A stretch of DNA of 64,000 nt from a virus (taxonomy: Duplodnaviria; Caudoviricetes). Positions 37,134 through 46,969 of this stretch are shown here, piece by piece. The notes under the pieces were generated by a model. That model was not told where the DNA came from and made no database searches. It saw nothing but the letters and a program-made list of their open reading frames with translations. A program made the position numbers and the translations under genes. Every line of letters begins with the position of its first letter. Position 1 is the stretch's first letter. Location of the stretch: the IMG/VR virus record IMGVR_UViG_3300003320_000853; one strand, 5' to 3'.

Positions 37134-37994
37134 CTACATGCCCGCCTTCGGGTTGATCAACCCGAGGAGCGTCATCTCCAGGAGAACTTTGTCGTTGACA
37201 GCCTTGTAGTTGATCCTACGGGTCGCGAGCGGATCAACCGCTTCCTCGAAGGGAGTCTCCACGGGTCGCCCTGAGATGCGGCTCGCCTCTTGGCAGAAGC
37301 GCTGGAAGGCCCGGTCGTGCCAGGGAGGCACCCAGGCTCCGCTGCGGCAGATGAAGATGCGATCGACGGTGCCGGAGACATCGCCCACCATGGGGTCGGG
37401 CCAGACGACGGGCTCAACCCGGGCGGACACGTTGAAGTCTTCCCGGCCGTCGTCGGTCGCCATGTCAGGGAACCGCTTTTCCATGATGTTCCAGTCCCGC
37501 ATCCCCTTCCATGCGGGGAAGACCACGAGGCTCGCGAGCTCGGGGTAGCGGAGCAGGGTCATCATCTGCCAGTTGTCGCACCCGGGATCTTCGTGGGCAA
37601 TCGAGGCTTCGAGCCCGGGGACGCTGTACAAGAGGTCGTGGTGCGCGTCGAAGTGAACAAGCTGGATCGTCTCCGGTCGCGGTCCCGTGCTGGCGTCGAA
37701 GGCGAAGTACGCCCACTTGTGGCTGTCCGCCACCACGAGGCTCCGCACCTGGTCGAAGCGGTAACTGAGGTTCTCCAGGGTCTTCCAGAAGGCTTTCGGC
37801 TTCGGGTTCGACCGGACGAGAGCCATCGACAGACGAAGGTCGACGCTGCCACCGCGAAGCTGGTGCTCCGCCAATCGCGCCGTCCAGGCGAACTCGATCC
37901 CCGTCTTCGTCTCCGAGTGGTTCCAGCCCCACCTGGAATCCTCGAAGACGAAGTAGTCGAAGTCGATGCTCAACCAGATGTGAGACCGACTCAC
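37134..37994 (-). CDS. UPF0489/arginase-fold-like metallo-protein
   Basis: SIDFDYF, DSH, FDAHHD, CDNW, CRSGAWVPP. Confidence 0.7.
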   Translation of the reverse strand: MSRSHIWLSIDFDYFVFEDSRWGWNHSETKTGIEFAWTARLAEHQLRGGSVDLRLSMALVRSNPKPKAFWKTLENLSYRFDQVRSLVVADSHKWAYFAFDASTGPRPETIQLVHFDAHHDLLYSVPGLEASIAHEDPGCDNWQMMTLLRYPELASLVVFPAWKGMRDWNIMEKRFPDMATDDGREDFNVSARVEPVVWPDPMVGDVSGTVDRIFICRSGAWVPPWHDRAFQRFCQEASRISGRPVETPFEEAVDPLATRRINYKAVNDKVLLEMTLLGLINPKAGM

Positions 37995-38260
37995 AGACCC
38001 TCGAATGGGTCGTCCCCCAGAAGGGCCTGCGCGACGGGGTTGGGTTTCGGAGGGACGTAGATGTCTACGATTGCGTTGTATCCGAAGGGCTCCTTGACGA
38101 GGAGCCCCGCCTTGCACAGTGCCTTGAAGGCTTCGGCCGGCAACCGGATCGACCCGTTCCCCAACCTGATGAGGGCACGTCCATCCTGGTGGACGTAAAC
38201 GACCTGGATTGGATCCGCCTTCCGGAAGAATTCCTCGAATGAGCCGTCGTCCTTGCTCAC
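37991..38260 (-). CDS. small protein with acidic C-terminal tag
   Basis: Ends PVAQALLGDDPFEGL. Confidence 0.7.
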   Translation of the reverse strand: MSKDDGSFEEFFRKADPIQVVYVHQDGRALIRLGNGSIRLPAEAFKALCKAGLLVKEPFGYNAIVDIYVPPKPNPVAQALLGDDPFEGL

Positions 38261-38264
38261 GACC

Positions 38265-39002
38265 CTACCTCCGGGCCGAATAGCCGATGGTGGCCACGGT
38301 GAACACGATGACGTCGTAGGCGAAGTGCACGGTGATCGCCGCCCACAGGCCGTGGGTGAACATCAGCCAGAAGAAGAACATCCCGGCGAACCAGGAATTG
38401 ATGATCCCGAAGAGCCCCTGGTACTTGTGGCCGTCCCGGAAGAATGAATTGGCCGAGATCACGGCGGCTCCCACGGCCCACCCGCCCGGGTGGAAGAGGA
38501 TGCCGTGCATCCTCTGGAGGGTCGTCCAGTCGGCGAACGCACAGAGAACGTTGACGTAGATCCAGCGGATGATGTTGATGTCTGCGAAGCCGAGGAAGAC
38601 CCAGTTCGATACCTTCACGCCGACGATTGCACCGAGGAAGATGAGCCAGCGGAAGCAGACCTCCTCCATGAAGCCGGCCCACGCGGCGAGGAACATCCGG
38701 CCGACCCACAGGGCCCCGGGGTTCGGAGCATCGAAGCGAAACGCCCGCCCGAGGACGCGTTCGAAGGGATTCCGCTTCGCCGACTGGACGAACTCCAGGA
38801 ACGTCTGGACGACGAAGCCCCAGATGAAGAGCGGGACGCCGAGGGCCAGCCATTCGGTGACGTCGCCCTTGCTCGTCCAGAGGTAGAAGGTTGGGATCGG
38901 GATGACGCCAGGCCACAGCCCGTTGACGATCCAGATGACGATCGCAGAGAGGATGGCGCTCGCGATGTAGCTCCGCTTGTTGTCTTTCAGGCTCGCGTTC
39001 AC
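38265..39002 (-). CDS. CAAX/CPBP intramembrane metalloprotease
   Basis: EEVCFR, F...H, H..YD; multiple TM segments. Confidence 0.85.
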   Translation of the reverse strand: MNASLKDNKRSYIASAILSAIVIWIVNGLWPGVIPIPTFYLWTSKGDVTEWLALGVPLFIWGFVVQTFLEFVQSAKRNPFERVLGRAFRFDAPNPGALWVGRMFLAAWAGFMEEVCFRWLIFLGAIVGVKVSNWVFLGFADINIIRWIYVNVLCAFADWTTLQRMHGILFHPGGWAVGAAVISANSFFRDGHKYQGLFGIINSWFAGMFFFWLMFTHGLWAAITVHFAYDVIVFTVATIGYSARR

Positions 39003-39023
39003 AGGTGACCCTTACACCAAGGG

Positions 39024-39323
39024 TCACCCCAGATCGTCGTTGAGGAGCACTTCCCACGCCGTAGGACGGTGCTTGGGTACGAATGCTCCTGGCGGGTAAT
39101 ATTTCACGAGACCGCTGCAACGGGTGCAATAGTTGATCGTCCCGCCCTTCTTGAAGCGTCCCGAGTCTTCCGGGATCATGTGGGTCTTGCGATCCCTCGG
39201 GTGATGCGGACACCCCTTCTGGGAAGCTTCAAAGAGATCCCGGAGCAACGCCTTCTCTTTCTCGTCACCCTTCCGGATGGACCGGACGAATTTGCGGAGC
39301 AGGGTGTTATTCTCGTATCCCAT
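39024..39323 (-). CDS. small Zn-finger protein with acidic C-terminal tag
   Basis: CPH..CTRC; ends PTAWEVLLNDDLG; GGAGG SD. Confidence 0.7.
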   Translation of the reverse strand: MGYENNTLLRKFVRSIRKGDEKEKALLRDLFEASQKGCPHHPRDRKTHMIPEDSGRFKKGGTINYCTRCSGLVKYYPPGAFVPKHRPTAWEVLLNDDLG

Positions 39324-40027
39324 CAGTCCTCCTCCTGGATGGGTACTTCCCATGCGGTACAGGGTTCGTCCACGGGGGCAACGACCTCAGCCACGGGAGC
39401 AAAGCTCCGCCGGTGGATCGGACAGGGGCCAAGCCGTTGGAGAGCTTCCCGATGGATGTTGCCCTTGCCTGCGTACCCCTTGTTCGAGACGAAATTGTAC
39501 CCGGGGTAGAGCTTGTCCGCTTCGATCATCATCCGGTCACGAAGGGTCTTGCCGATGAGGCTCGCCGCTGAGACCGCCGGGACATGCCCGTCCGCCCGCG
39601 GTTCGGAATAGATCCCGTTGCCGAGCGGAAGCGCACCATCGGCGATGCAGAAGGCGTCTGGGACTTCGCGCCGGAGCGCTTCGTGGAGATGCTGGTGAGC
39701 ACGGATGAGGGTGGCGTAGATCCCCTGATCATCGAGCTTGTCATGCGGCGTCTCGTGTATGAGGAAGCGCACCAGCGGGTCGGCGCGGATCGCATCGGAG
39801 AGGCGTTCGCGTTCAGCCTCTTTCTTGACCTTCTTCGAATCGGTCACCCCGGGCGGAGGTGCCCAGTTCCCCGGCACGAGGACGCCCACGACGACGAGGG
39901 GCCCAGCCCACGCGCCGTAGCCTACCTCGTCGGTGCCAATGACCCACGGAGCTTCGCGGGCGGCGCGAAGCACGTCCTCGGGGAAGTCCTCGTAGGTCGG
40001 GGCAGAGCGGAGACGGGCGAGAGGCAT
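39323..40027 (-). CDS. rnhB: ribonuclease HII
   Basis: GTDEVGYGAWAGP, DSKK, DG, VSAASLIGK..RD, HRRSF. Confidence 0.93.
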   Translation of the reverse strand: MPLARLRSAPTYEDFPEDVLRAAREAPWVIGTDEVGYGAWAGPLVVVGVLVPGNWAPPPGVTDSKKVKKEAERERLSDAIRADPLVRFLIHETPHDKLDDQGIYATLIRAHQHLHEALRREVPDAFCIADGALPLGNGIYSEPRADGHVPAVSAASLIGKTLRDRMMIEADKLYPGYNFVSNKGYAGKGNIHREALQRLGPCPIHRRSFAPVAEVVAPVDEPCTAWEVPIQEED

Positions 40028-40251
40028 CAGATCGTGATCAGGGTGTGAGGGCAGGAGATGCACGACCACGGATAGAGGTTCTTGTCGATCCCCTCTGCTT
40101 CGGTGACCTCGACGATCCAGAAGTCGATGAGGTGCTGTGATGCCTGGCCCCTGATGCGTCCCTTCCCCTTGACCCCCGTACCGAAGTCGAAATGCACCTC
40201 TTGCCCCTCGGTGTAGACGGGCTTCTCTTGACCGCGAATGTCGAGCGCCAT
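40027..40251 (-). CDS. small hypothetical protein
   Basis: GGTGTA 10 nt upstream on - strand. Confidence 0.7.
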   Translation of the reverse strand: MALDIRGQEKPVYTEGQEVHFDFGTGVKGKGRIRGQASQHLIDFWIVEVTEAEGIDKNLYPWSCISCPHTLITI

Positions 40252-40822
40252 GGCGAGATCCTACACCGATCGTTTCAAAGCGGCGCGGCGTCGTCGAGAG
40301 CTACGGGAGCGTGCAGTCGCCTACCTTGGGGGCCAATGCCAGGCGTGCGGCTATGCCAAGAGCGCGATGGCGTTCGACTTCCACCACCCCGACCCTTTGG
40401 CGAAGGACTTCACGATCTCCGAGAAGATGACCTCGTGGGATCGGATCCGACCAGAGCTGGACAAGTGCTACTTGGTTTGTGCGAATTGCCATAGGCTGAT
40501 CCATGCCGGTGAGTTGGCGGGGTTCCTGATCGACGAAAGCTACGACCGTGGGTGGGTTGATGAAGACCTTGACCCCACCGATCAGGTCGATCATACTGTT
40601 GCCGATGCCAACTTGCAAGTGTGGGGAGGTGAACGAAGGGAGGTTCTACCGGCGGCAGAACGGGAGCTTCCGGACGCCCTGCAAGGCGTGCATCAAGCTC
40701 CGACGCACGGCCTACGATCAGAAGAACTCCGTTCCCCTCAAGAATCACAGAACGCAGTACCTCCTCCGGAACCGCGAGCACACCAACGCCAGGAACCTTC
40801 GGAGGATGAATTTCCGTCGTGA
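40250..40822 (+). CDS. HNH endonuclease
   Basis: GGQCQACGY, FDFHH.DP..K, ELDKC.LVCANCHR..H; start may be 40238. Confidence 0.8.
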   Translation: MARSYTDRFKAARRRRELRERAVAYLGGQCQACGYAKSAMAFDFHHPDPLAKDFTISEKMTSWDRIRPELDKCYLVCANCHRLIHAGELAGFLIDESYDRGWVDEDLDPTDQVDHTVADANLQVWGGERREVLPAAERELPDALQGVHQAPTHGLRSEELRSPQESQNAVPPPEPRAHQRQEPSEDEFPS

Positions 40823-41549
40823 AGAACTAACCAAGATCACCGATGGGCTCAAGGCCTGCCCATGTAAGGATTGTGGGAAGATTTATCCTCCCTGCGTCAT
40901 GGATTTCGACCATGTTCGCGGGCAAAAACGAGCTGCGATTGCTGTTCTTGTTGCGCGCTGTGTCAGTCTTGAGACGCTCTTGGCTGAGATCCTCAAGTGC
41001 GACTTGAGGTGCGCGAACTGCCATAGAGTAAAGACCAACGCGGAGCGGCATTCGTGGCTCCAACCGCGTCAGAAGATGACCCCCTGGGTTCAGGCTCGCA
41101 GGACGGCTCTGAGAGCCGTCGCAGATGAGGCGAAGAGTGTCCCGTGTGGGGATTGTGGGAGCATCTTCCCAGTGTGCGTCATGGACTTCGATCACATCGA
41201 TCCCCGGACGAAGCGGTGCAACGTATCACGGATGATCCACAGTGAGATCAGCCTCCGAGAGCTTCGAGCTGAGATCGCGAAGTGCCGAATCATCTGCGCG
41301 AACTGCCATCGGATCCGGACACACGTGGAGGACGCCGATCTTGAGGTACCAACCTTCGGGGAGGACGACGCTCCGGAGATGATCGAGGACGAGCTTCAGA
41401 TCGGCGGCCGGAGCGTCGGGGGGAGCTTCGAGGGTGATGGGGGCGATGAGCTTGACCATGACCCCATCAGCTCTCGTCGTCCGGCTCTTCCGGAGGAGGA
41501 ACCTCCTCTTTCGGCTTCGGCTTCGGAGGTTGCGCCATGTGCATCTTGA
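40604..41549 (+). CDS. HNH endonuclease with tandem HNH domains (start approximate)
   Basis: PC.DCG...VMDFDH...KC...CANCHR twice; lower GC. Confidence 0.8.
41226..41459 (-). CDS. small hypothetical protein overlapped by HNH gene
   Basis: MVKLIAPITLEAP...; GC3-rich codons down to about 41320. Confidence 0.4.
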   Translation of the reverse strand: MVKLIAPITLEAPPDAPAADLKLVLDHLRSVVLPEGWYLKIGVLHVCPDPMAVRADDSALRDLSSKLSEADLTVDHP

Positions 41550-42054
41550 TCGCGACCCGCATCTCCTCCTCGTCGCCGGTGGCGCGGAAGTCCGAGAAGG
41601 CGTGGCAGAGCTTCTCCTGGAGCCGGTGCACGATCTCATCGGTGACGGCGACGGCGCGCCGGACGGCCGCGAAGTAGTTGTTCACGAATTCGGTGAACTC
41701 GACTTTCGATCCGCCGATTGCCTCCTGGACTTCGAACGGCATGGTCGAGGTCGCATCGACCGCGAAGTCCTTCCGGTACTTCGTTGTATGCTCGAACGCC
41801 TTGCCCACACACCCCACAGCACCGTGGACGTAGAGGATGCCCGGCTCGGCAAGCCAGGAGACCTTGAGGTTCACCGCGAGCGGAAGCGCCATGGAGACAC
41901 TTTCATCCGGCTGGCTCTTACGGGGTGTGGTGGCGTAGTAGAATACGCCTACTGGGAAGAGCCCGGACTGGAGGACGTGTCCCACGATGGGCATAGGCTG
42001 GGGGGACGAGTTGTCTGGAATCTGGAAGCCTTCGAACGTGGAAGCGAGCGACAT
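41467..42054 (-). CDS. hypothetical protein
   Basis: AGGAG SD; TGATG coupling to the upstream gene. Confidence 0.7.
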   Translation of the reverse strand: MSLASTFEGFQIPDNSSPQPMPIVGHVLQSGLFPVGVFYYATTPRKSQPDESVSMALPLAVNLKVSWLAEPGILYVHGAVGCVGKAFEHTTKYRKDFAVDATSTMPFEVQEAIGGSKVEFTEFVNNYFAAVRRAVAVTDEIVHRLQEKLCHAFSDFRATGDEEEMRVAIKMHMAQPPKPKPKEEVPPPEEPDDES

Positions 42055-42353
42055 CAGGACTCCTTGGCTGCAAGATAAAGGGCCGTAGCAAGCCGGTGCT
42101 TGCAGTGAGCGCCCCGCTGCGTCGAGTCGGGGCAGTTGCACGTGGAGGTCTTGGCCCCCTTGTTGACGCGAACGATGTAGCTCGCGCCCTCGGAGCCCTC
42201 GACGAAGAACACGTGCGGCATCCGGCCGGGGGTCACGTTGGCCACCAGCGCCGCCGCCCTGTGAAGGCGGTCGGTCAGATCGGGGTGCTTCGCCGCCCAA
42301 CGGGCAACGGTCGCGTTGACAGCGGCAGCGGTAGGAGCTTCGTGGGCGGGCAT
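42054..42353 (-). CDS. SWIM zinc-finger protein
   Basis: CNCPD...CKH; TTGATC-N16-TGTA promoter. Confidence 0.85.
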   Translation of the reverse strand: MPAHEAPTAAAVNATVARWAAKHPDLTDRLHRAAALVANVTPGRMPHVFFVEGSEGASYIVRVNKGAKTSTCNCPDSTQRGAHCKHRLATALYLAAKES

Positions 42354-42383
42354 GGCTCTTCTACAGCGGGACCCTTCCCCGGA

Positions 42384-42617
42384 TCAATCTCTTGCCTTCG
42401 TCACCAAGGTCTCGACGAGCTCGACCTTGCACCGGACGTTGTACAGCTTCTCACAGTGTGGGCATTCGTGCCCCATGATTTCGATGACCCCTCTCCGCGG
42501 TTCGTAGCACTCGATGTCGAAGTCATCGAAATGCGGGGAGAACATCTTGTGACAGTGAGGGCACTCGACCTTCTTGGGAAGGCCCAGCATCTGGACGAGA
42601 TTGACGTTCAGTCCCAT
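42384..42617 (-). CDS. small Zn-ribbon protein
   Basis: CPHC...CPHC. Confidence 0.7.
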   Translation of the reverse strand: MGLNVNLVQMLGLPKKVECPHCHKMFSPHFDDFDIECYEPRRGVIEIMGHECPHCEKLYNVRCKVELVETLVTKARD

Positions 42618-42629
42618 GGCATACCCTTC

Positions 42630-42803
42630 CTACTGGCGCCGCTCCTGCCAGCGACGGCAAGCGTCAGCAATCTCCTGGACGAGCTGCTCATCGTACTCGA
42701 AATCGGGGTCCGGTCCGTCAGGCAGACCATCCCGAAGGGTCTCTTCGAGGTCGCCGAACGTGTTGCCGATGACCTCCAGATCCTCTTCGAGGGGCAGCGC
42801 CAT
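42630..42803 (-). CDS. small acidic protein (not in ORF track)
   Basis: MALPLEEDLEVIGNTFGDLEETLRDG...; AGGAG SD. Confidence 0.6.
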   Translation of the reverse strand: MALPLEEDLEVIGNTFGDLEETLRDGLPDGPDPDFEYDEQLVQEIADACRRWQERRQ

Positions 42804-42812
42804 GTGGATCTC

Positions 42813-43994
42813 CTAGATGAGAACGCGGGTCGCGGGGATGTAGGGGGCGCCTTCTGGGCCCTTGATGTACGCCTCCCGATGGTACACCAGGACGGCGATC
42901 CATTCATCCGGCTCCCGGCGGATCCCCCGCTTCTGGAGGATCTCGAAATGCTCCTGAGCGATCGGCTGGATGTCGTAGATCACATACCCCCGCTTCCGGA
43001 GCTTGGCCCCGATCTCGCGATCGAGGGGGAGCTTGCCCTTCGCCACCCGGACGCAATCGTGACCCCGGACGTCGAAGCGGTGCGAGTATGTGAGGGAACG
43101 ACCCGGGCCGGCGAGCTTGCGAACGGCCTCCTCAGCGAAGGAGTCCTTGAGGGTGACGACGTAGTAGGGCATCGGAAGCGGGAGCATCCCGGCCGTTGAC
43201 CTCTTCATGATGGCCTTGCGGGACATCTTCACCCCGAGCCCGGGGTGTTCCAGCGTCAAGTGCTTCTTCTCGTTGATGGCCTCGACCATGAGGGGGATGA
43301 CCCACGGGTCAAGGTTGGCCGGCTGCAACCAATCGCACGGCCAGTCGTCGCGCCCGTATCCCGGAATGCTCCGATCGTTCGTATAGGTCACGACGAAGCC
43401 CACCCCGTTCACGGCGCGGCCCTCCATCTTCACCACGGCGTAGGCTTCCTTCACATCGCCCATGGTCCCGAGAACGAACCCATAGAGCTGAGCCGACCGG
43501 ACCCCCATGCCCCGGATCGTCTCGTCCGTGATCCGCATCGACGCCTGCAATGCGGAGAGAGCAAGGTGTTTGCCGAAGCCGATGAAGACCGCATCGAAGG
43601 GAATCTTCTCCGGGAAGGGGATCTTCTCGGCTGTGTCCCGGTAGACGCTGTAGAGATGGCGCGCTTCCTCTGTGGAGGTCGTGACCTCGTTCCAGCCGAA
43701 CCCGGCCAGCTCGCACGTGTGCACGTCGGCAAGGTGGTAGAACTTGGCGTATTGCATGGGGTCGAAGGCGAACACCCGAGCCTGGCTCAGAAGCGCCCAG
43801 ACCCGGCGGGCGTTCTCGGTCGCCTCCTTCCACGTGATCCCGTCGATCCCCACGGCGCGCTTGGATTGCGACCGGGCGGACTCGCACGCCTCGAAGTACG
43901 AAGCGACAGTCTCCTCGGCCAATCTCTTGCCGCTCGGGAGCTGCCGAAGGGCTTCCTCGACGGGGATCTCCTGGCGCACCAGAATGGGAGGCAT
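42813..43994 (-). CDS. hypothetical phage protein
   Basis: 393 aa; HRFDVRGH...YIKGPEGAP; GGTGTA 10 nt upstream. Confidence 0.8.
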   Translation of the reverse strand: MPPILVRQEIPVEEALRQLPSGKRLAEETVASYFEACESARSQSKRAVGIDGITWKEATENARRVWALLSQARVFAFDPMQYAKFYHLADVHTCELAGFGWNEVTTSTEEARHLYSVYRDTAEKIPFPEKIPFDAVFIGFGKHLALSALQASMRITDETIRGMGVRSAQLYGFVLGTMGDVKEAYAVVKMEGRAVNGVGFVVTYTNDRSIPGYGRDDWPCDWLQPANLDPWVIPLMVEAINEKKHLTLEHPGLGVKMSRKAIMKRSTAGMLPLPMPYYVVTLKDSFAEEAVRKLAGPGRSLTYSHRFDVRGHDCVRVAKGKLPLDREIGAKLRKRGYVIYDIQPIAQEHFEILQKRGIRREPDEWIAVLVYHREAYIKGPEGAPYIPATRVLI

Positions 43995-44051
43995 GTACTA
44001 CCTGTACACCATTCTGGGGGTTGTGGCCTAGGTGTTGGTGTAGATGGGAGC

Positions 44052-46361
44052 ATGGACGATTTCCAGATCATTGCGCTTCCGGGTTGGCCCCACAACGCGA
44101 GGCACGGGGTGGAGAGCATCCTCAAGGAGAGGGGTTTCGATCCTCCCGGCCCCGAGGCCAAGGTGCTCAAGTGCCAGGTCACGATCCCGGTGGTGGACAG
44201 GATCCCACAGGAAGACGAGGATCTGGACGGCGCGACGGCGTTCCTCGCGGCCAAGGCGTGGTCGTGGGGGCGCTACGTCTTCGTGAGCGGGGCGGGCGAT
44301 GTCGATCTCAACTTCTACAACTACGAGGCGCGCACAAGCCCGCCCATCGAAGAGAGCGACCCATTCATCCAGATCCGGGTGCTCGAAAAGCCCTACCACA
44401 AGAAGGTGCTGAAGACAGAGTATGAGGGGCACGGGGGTTGGCCCCATTACAACCGCAGGGAGCGGCAGGTCGAGGCGCTCGACACCTACAACGACCACTA
44501 CGACCACACGCTGGAACGCACCGTCCCCGGAGATGCGTGGAACTACATGAGGGTGCGGATCACGGTGGGGGGCGCCACCGTGGACACCGACCTCCGGTTC
44601 ACCCGGCCGAACTGCGGGCTGCTCGACATCAATGCGCTCACACAGACGGGCCTCCGGTTCCAGGCGTCCATCAACCTCTTCGGCCTGCCCCTCACGTGGG
44701 AGGAGGTCGCCGAAATCGACCAGTATGGCCGTGTCTTCTCCGAGGCTCACCAGTGGGAGGCCATCACCCGGTTGCTCAACGAGTTCACGATCGTCCAGGG
44801 GAAGGACGCCCTGTGGGATCGTTTTTTCCAGCGCCATAAGAAGCGCGCCGCGGACGACAAGGGCGTCAAGGGAGCGGAGGGCAAGAAGGGGATCAAGGAG
44901 AACCTCGCCCGGCTCGCGGCGGAGGAGCCCCTGCTCTTCGCGTTCTATGGCTGGCTCCACGAGGGCAAGACGAACGGCGGCACCAGCAACAACACGCTCC
45001 TCTCGGCCTTCCTTCTGTCCGCGGGCGCTGACTACGACGCCCTCAAGGGAGGGCTCCGCGATGCGATGGAGCAGGCGCCCGGCAAGAAGACCATCACCCG
45101 GAATGGCAAGGGCCACCGTGGCTTCTACTCGTGGAACTACGTCCGGGCGAAGTCTCCGAGGGATATCTGCCTCGACCTCCCCGGCGCGAAGCAGAAGAAC
45201 GAGGATCAGCGGGCGAAGCGGGAGTGGAACTTCCGCAAGGGGGCGCGGGAGCAGGCGATCGGGCTCGGGATCTCGCCGGACATCCATCCGCTGCTTCTCG
45301 CCGCCATCGAAGCGAACGAGATTTCACTCGGCATCTTCCACAAGCACGGCGACGAGATGGCCCTGGTCAACGTCGAGTTCGATCTCTGGGAGCGGGCGTT
45401 CGCTCAGCCGGGATGGAAGGAGGTGATCGTCGAGATCGCGCAGAACGCCTCCAAGCGGTCGACCTACGAGAAGGACATCACGCCGTACCTCGCGTTCCTC
45501 TTCCGGCTGCCGAAGTATCTCGACCGCCACACGGAGGCCGGGGGCACCCCGTGGAAGGCGATGCCGAAGTTCGTCAAGTCGGAGTGGGAGCTGGAGATGA
45601 ACGAGGCCGAGGGTGAGACGACGAAGCGCCGCTCGGCTCTCACCCCGGTCGCCGACAACAAGGCCCGCGTCGTCACCGTGCCCTACGTGGCCATGGCGAT
45701 CCACGGGATCCAGACGACCTACTGCTACTCGCTCGACTACCAGGTCTTCGAGGAGAATGACGTCGACCGCGAGAGCAAGACCATCATCTCGCGCGAGCTG
45801 GAGACCAAGCTCAACGGTCGCGACGACTACGGCCTGATGTACTACACGCTCACCGGCTCGGCGCGGAACACCGGGTACCCGGCCTTCCTCATCATCTTCG
45901 AGCGGATGAAGTCCCGCGGGAAGACTCGCGTCCACTTCCACCGGGTTCACCCGTGCCGCTCGAAGGAGGGCAGGCCCACGCCCGCATGCCGGCTCGTCGA
46001 GGAGTGCTACCGCTACATGGCGGGCAACGTGCGGGCCGAGGAAATCCACGCACAGCAGGGCGACCTCATCTTCATCAAGACCGACCAGAAGATCGACGTT
46101 CCCGATGACGCCAAGAACGTGAAGGAGTTCGAGAGCCACGCCTTCGTTCCCTTGGAGGAAGGGCAGCCGATCAAGCTCGTCGAGAACACCAACAAGTCGG
46201 TCAAGAACCGGCTCGGCTTCCTCGTTTCCGGTGGTGTCTTCTCCGTGCGCCACCCGGAGCACGAGAACATCAAGGCGCTCCCGGCGGGAATCTACGACGT
46301 GCGCCGGTGCAAGTCGTGGGAGGCCAATCCCAAGGCCGTCTGGGTGCTCACCATCGACTGA
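44052..46361 (+). CDS. large hypothetical protein with C-terminal QGD...HxEH module
   Basis: Start at ATG 44052, 9 nt after GGTGTA; QQGDLIF..SH..HPEH..LPAGIYDVRR. Confidence 0.8.
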   Translation: MDDFQIIALPGWPHNARHGVESILKERGFDPPGPEAKVLKCQVTIPVVDRIPQEDEDLDGATAFLAAKAWSWGRYVFVSGAGDVDLNFYNYEARTSPPIEESDPFIQIRVLEKPYHKKVLKTEYEGHGGWPHYNRRERQVEALDTYNDHYDHTLERTVPGDAWNYMRVRITVGGATVDTDLRFTRPNCGLLDINALTQTGLRFQASINLFGLPLTWEEVAEIDQYGRVFSEAHQWEAITRLLNEFTIVQGKDALWDRFFQRHKKRAADDKGVKGAEGKKGIKENLARLAAEEPLLFAFYGWLHEGKTNGGTSNNTLLSAFLLSAGADYDALKGGLRDAMEQAPGKKTITRNGKGHRGFYSWNYVRAKSPRDICLDLPGAKQKNEDQRAKREWNFRKGAREQAIGLGISPDIHPLLLAAIEANEISLGIFHKHGDEMALVNVEFDLWERAFAQPGWKEVIVEIAQNASKRSTYEKDITPYLAFLFRLPKYLDRHTEAGGTPWKAMPKFVKSEWELEMNEAEGETTKRRSALTPVADNKARVVTVPYVAMAIHGIQTTYCYSLDYQVFEENDVDRESKTIISRELETKLNGRDDYGLMYYTLTGSARNTGYPAFLIIFERMKSRGKTRVHFHRVHPCRSKEGRPTPACRLVEECYRYMAGNVRAEEIHAQQGDLIFIKTDQKIDVPDDAKNVKEFESHAFVPLEEGQPIKLVENTNKSVKNRLGFLVSGGVFSVRHPEHENIKALPAGIYDVRRCKSWEANPKAVWVLTID

Positions 46362-46367
46362 GGCCCT

Positions 46368-46799
46368 GTGACCCAGGCACAGATCATGGACAGGGGACGA
46401 TGCCCCGCTTGTGGCCGTAGGAACGAGCACATCACACCTTTCGTGCTCACCCTCGGGGGGTATACGGCACGTGCCCCTTGGTGCAATGAGCAAGCGCGCT
46501 GTCCGACCCTGTCCGTCGAGGAACGCAAGGATCCGGATCTGTGTGAATACCAGACGCGCCTCACGCCCAAGATGATCGAATCTCTTGACCCCGGGATTCG
46601 TGAGCGTGTTCTCCGGGCCCGTGAAAAGGGTTGGTCCACGCTGTTCTCCTGTGACGGGCATGGAAAGCACGACGCCTACATCACGTTTTGGGATGCCGCC
46701 CATCGTGACGAAGCGATGTCTTTCTTCGGAGGCACGGCCGAGGACAAGCAGAGCCGCTTGCTCGGCCCCCTTTACAACCTCCGCTTCCCGAGGGACTGA
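46368..46799 (+). CDS. hypothetical protein
   Basis: CPAC; LDPGI...TLFSCDGHG. Confidence 0.65.
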   Translation: MTQAQIMDRGRCPACGRRNEHITPFVLTLGGYTARAPWCNEQARCPTLSVEERKDPDLCEYQTRLTPKMIESLDPGIRERVLRAREKGWSTLFSCDGHGKHDAYITFWDAAHRDEAMSFFGGTAEDKQSRLLGPLYNLRFPRD

Positions 46800-46969
46800 T
46801 GAACCCGGACGACAAAGTCTTCGATCGGTGCTTCTTCTGTCGGGGGGAGGGCTACTTCCCGCAGAAGAAGCCTCACATCTGCCCGGGATGCCGCAGCAAC
46901 TACAAACTCATGGCGCTCCTGCCTCCACCGACGGTCTGGGAGCGCCTCTTGGAGGAGGACGGTTTATGA
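46799..46969 (+). CDS. small Zn-finger protein with acidic C-terminal tag (not in ORF track)
   Basis: CFFC..CPGC; ends [14 protein letters not shown]; TGATG coupling. Confidence 0.7.
   Translation: MNPDDKVFDRCFFCRGEGYFPQKKPHICPGCRSNYKLMALLPPPTVWERLLEEDGL

Noticed and set aside
38265-39002. CAAX/Abi-family gene as an abortive-infection system
   Set aside because: The family name alone is not evidence; the motifs support only an intramembrane protease.
43245-44051. N-terminal 269 aa of the 1038-aa ORF
   Set aside because: Antisense to the real 42813-43994 gene; the promoter element supports a start at 44052.
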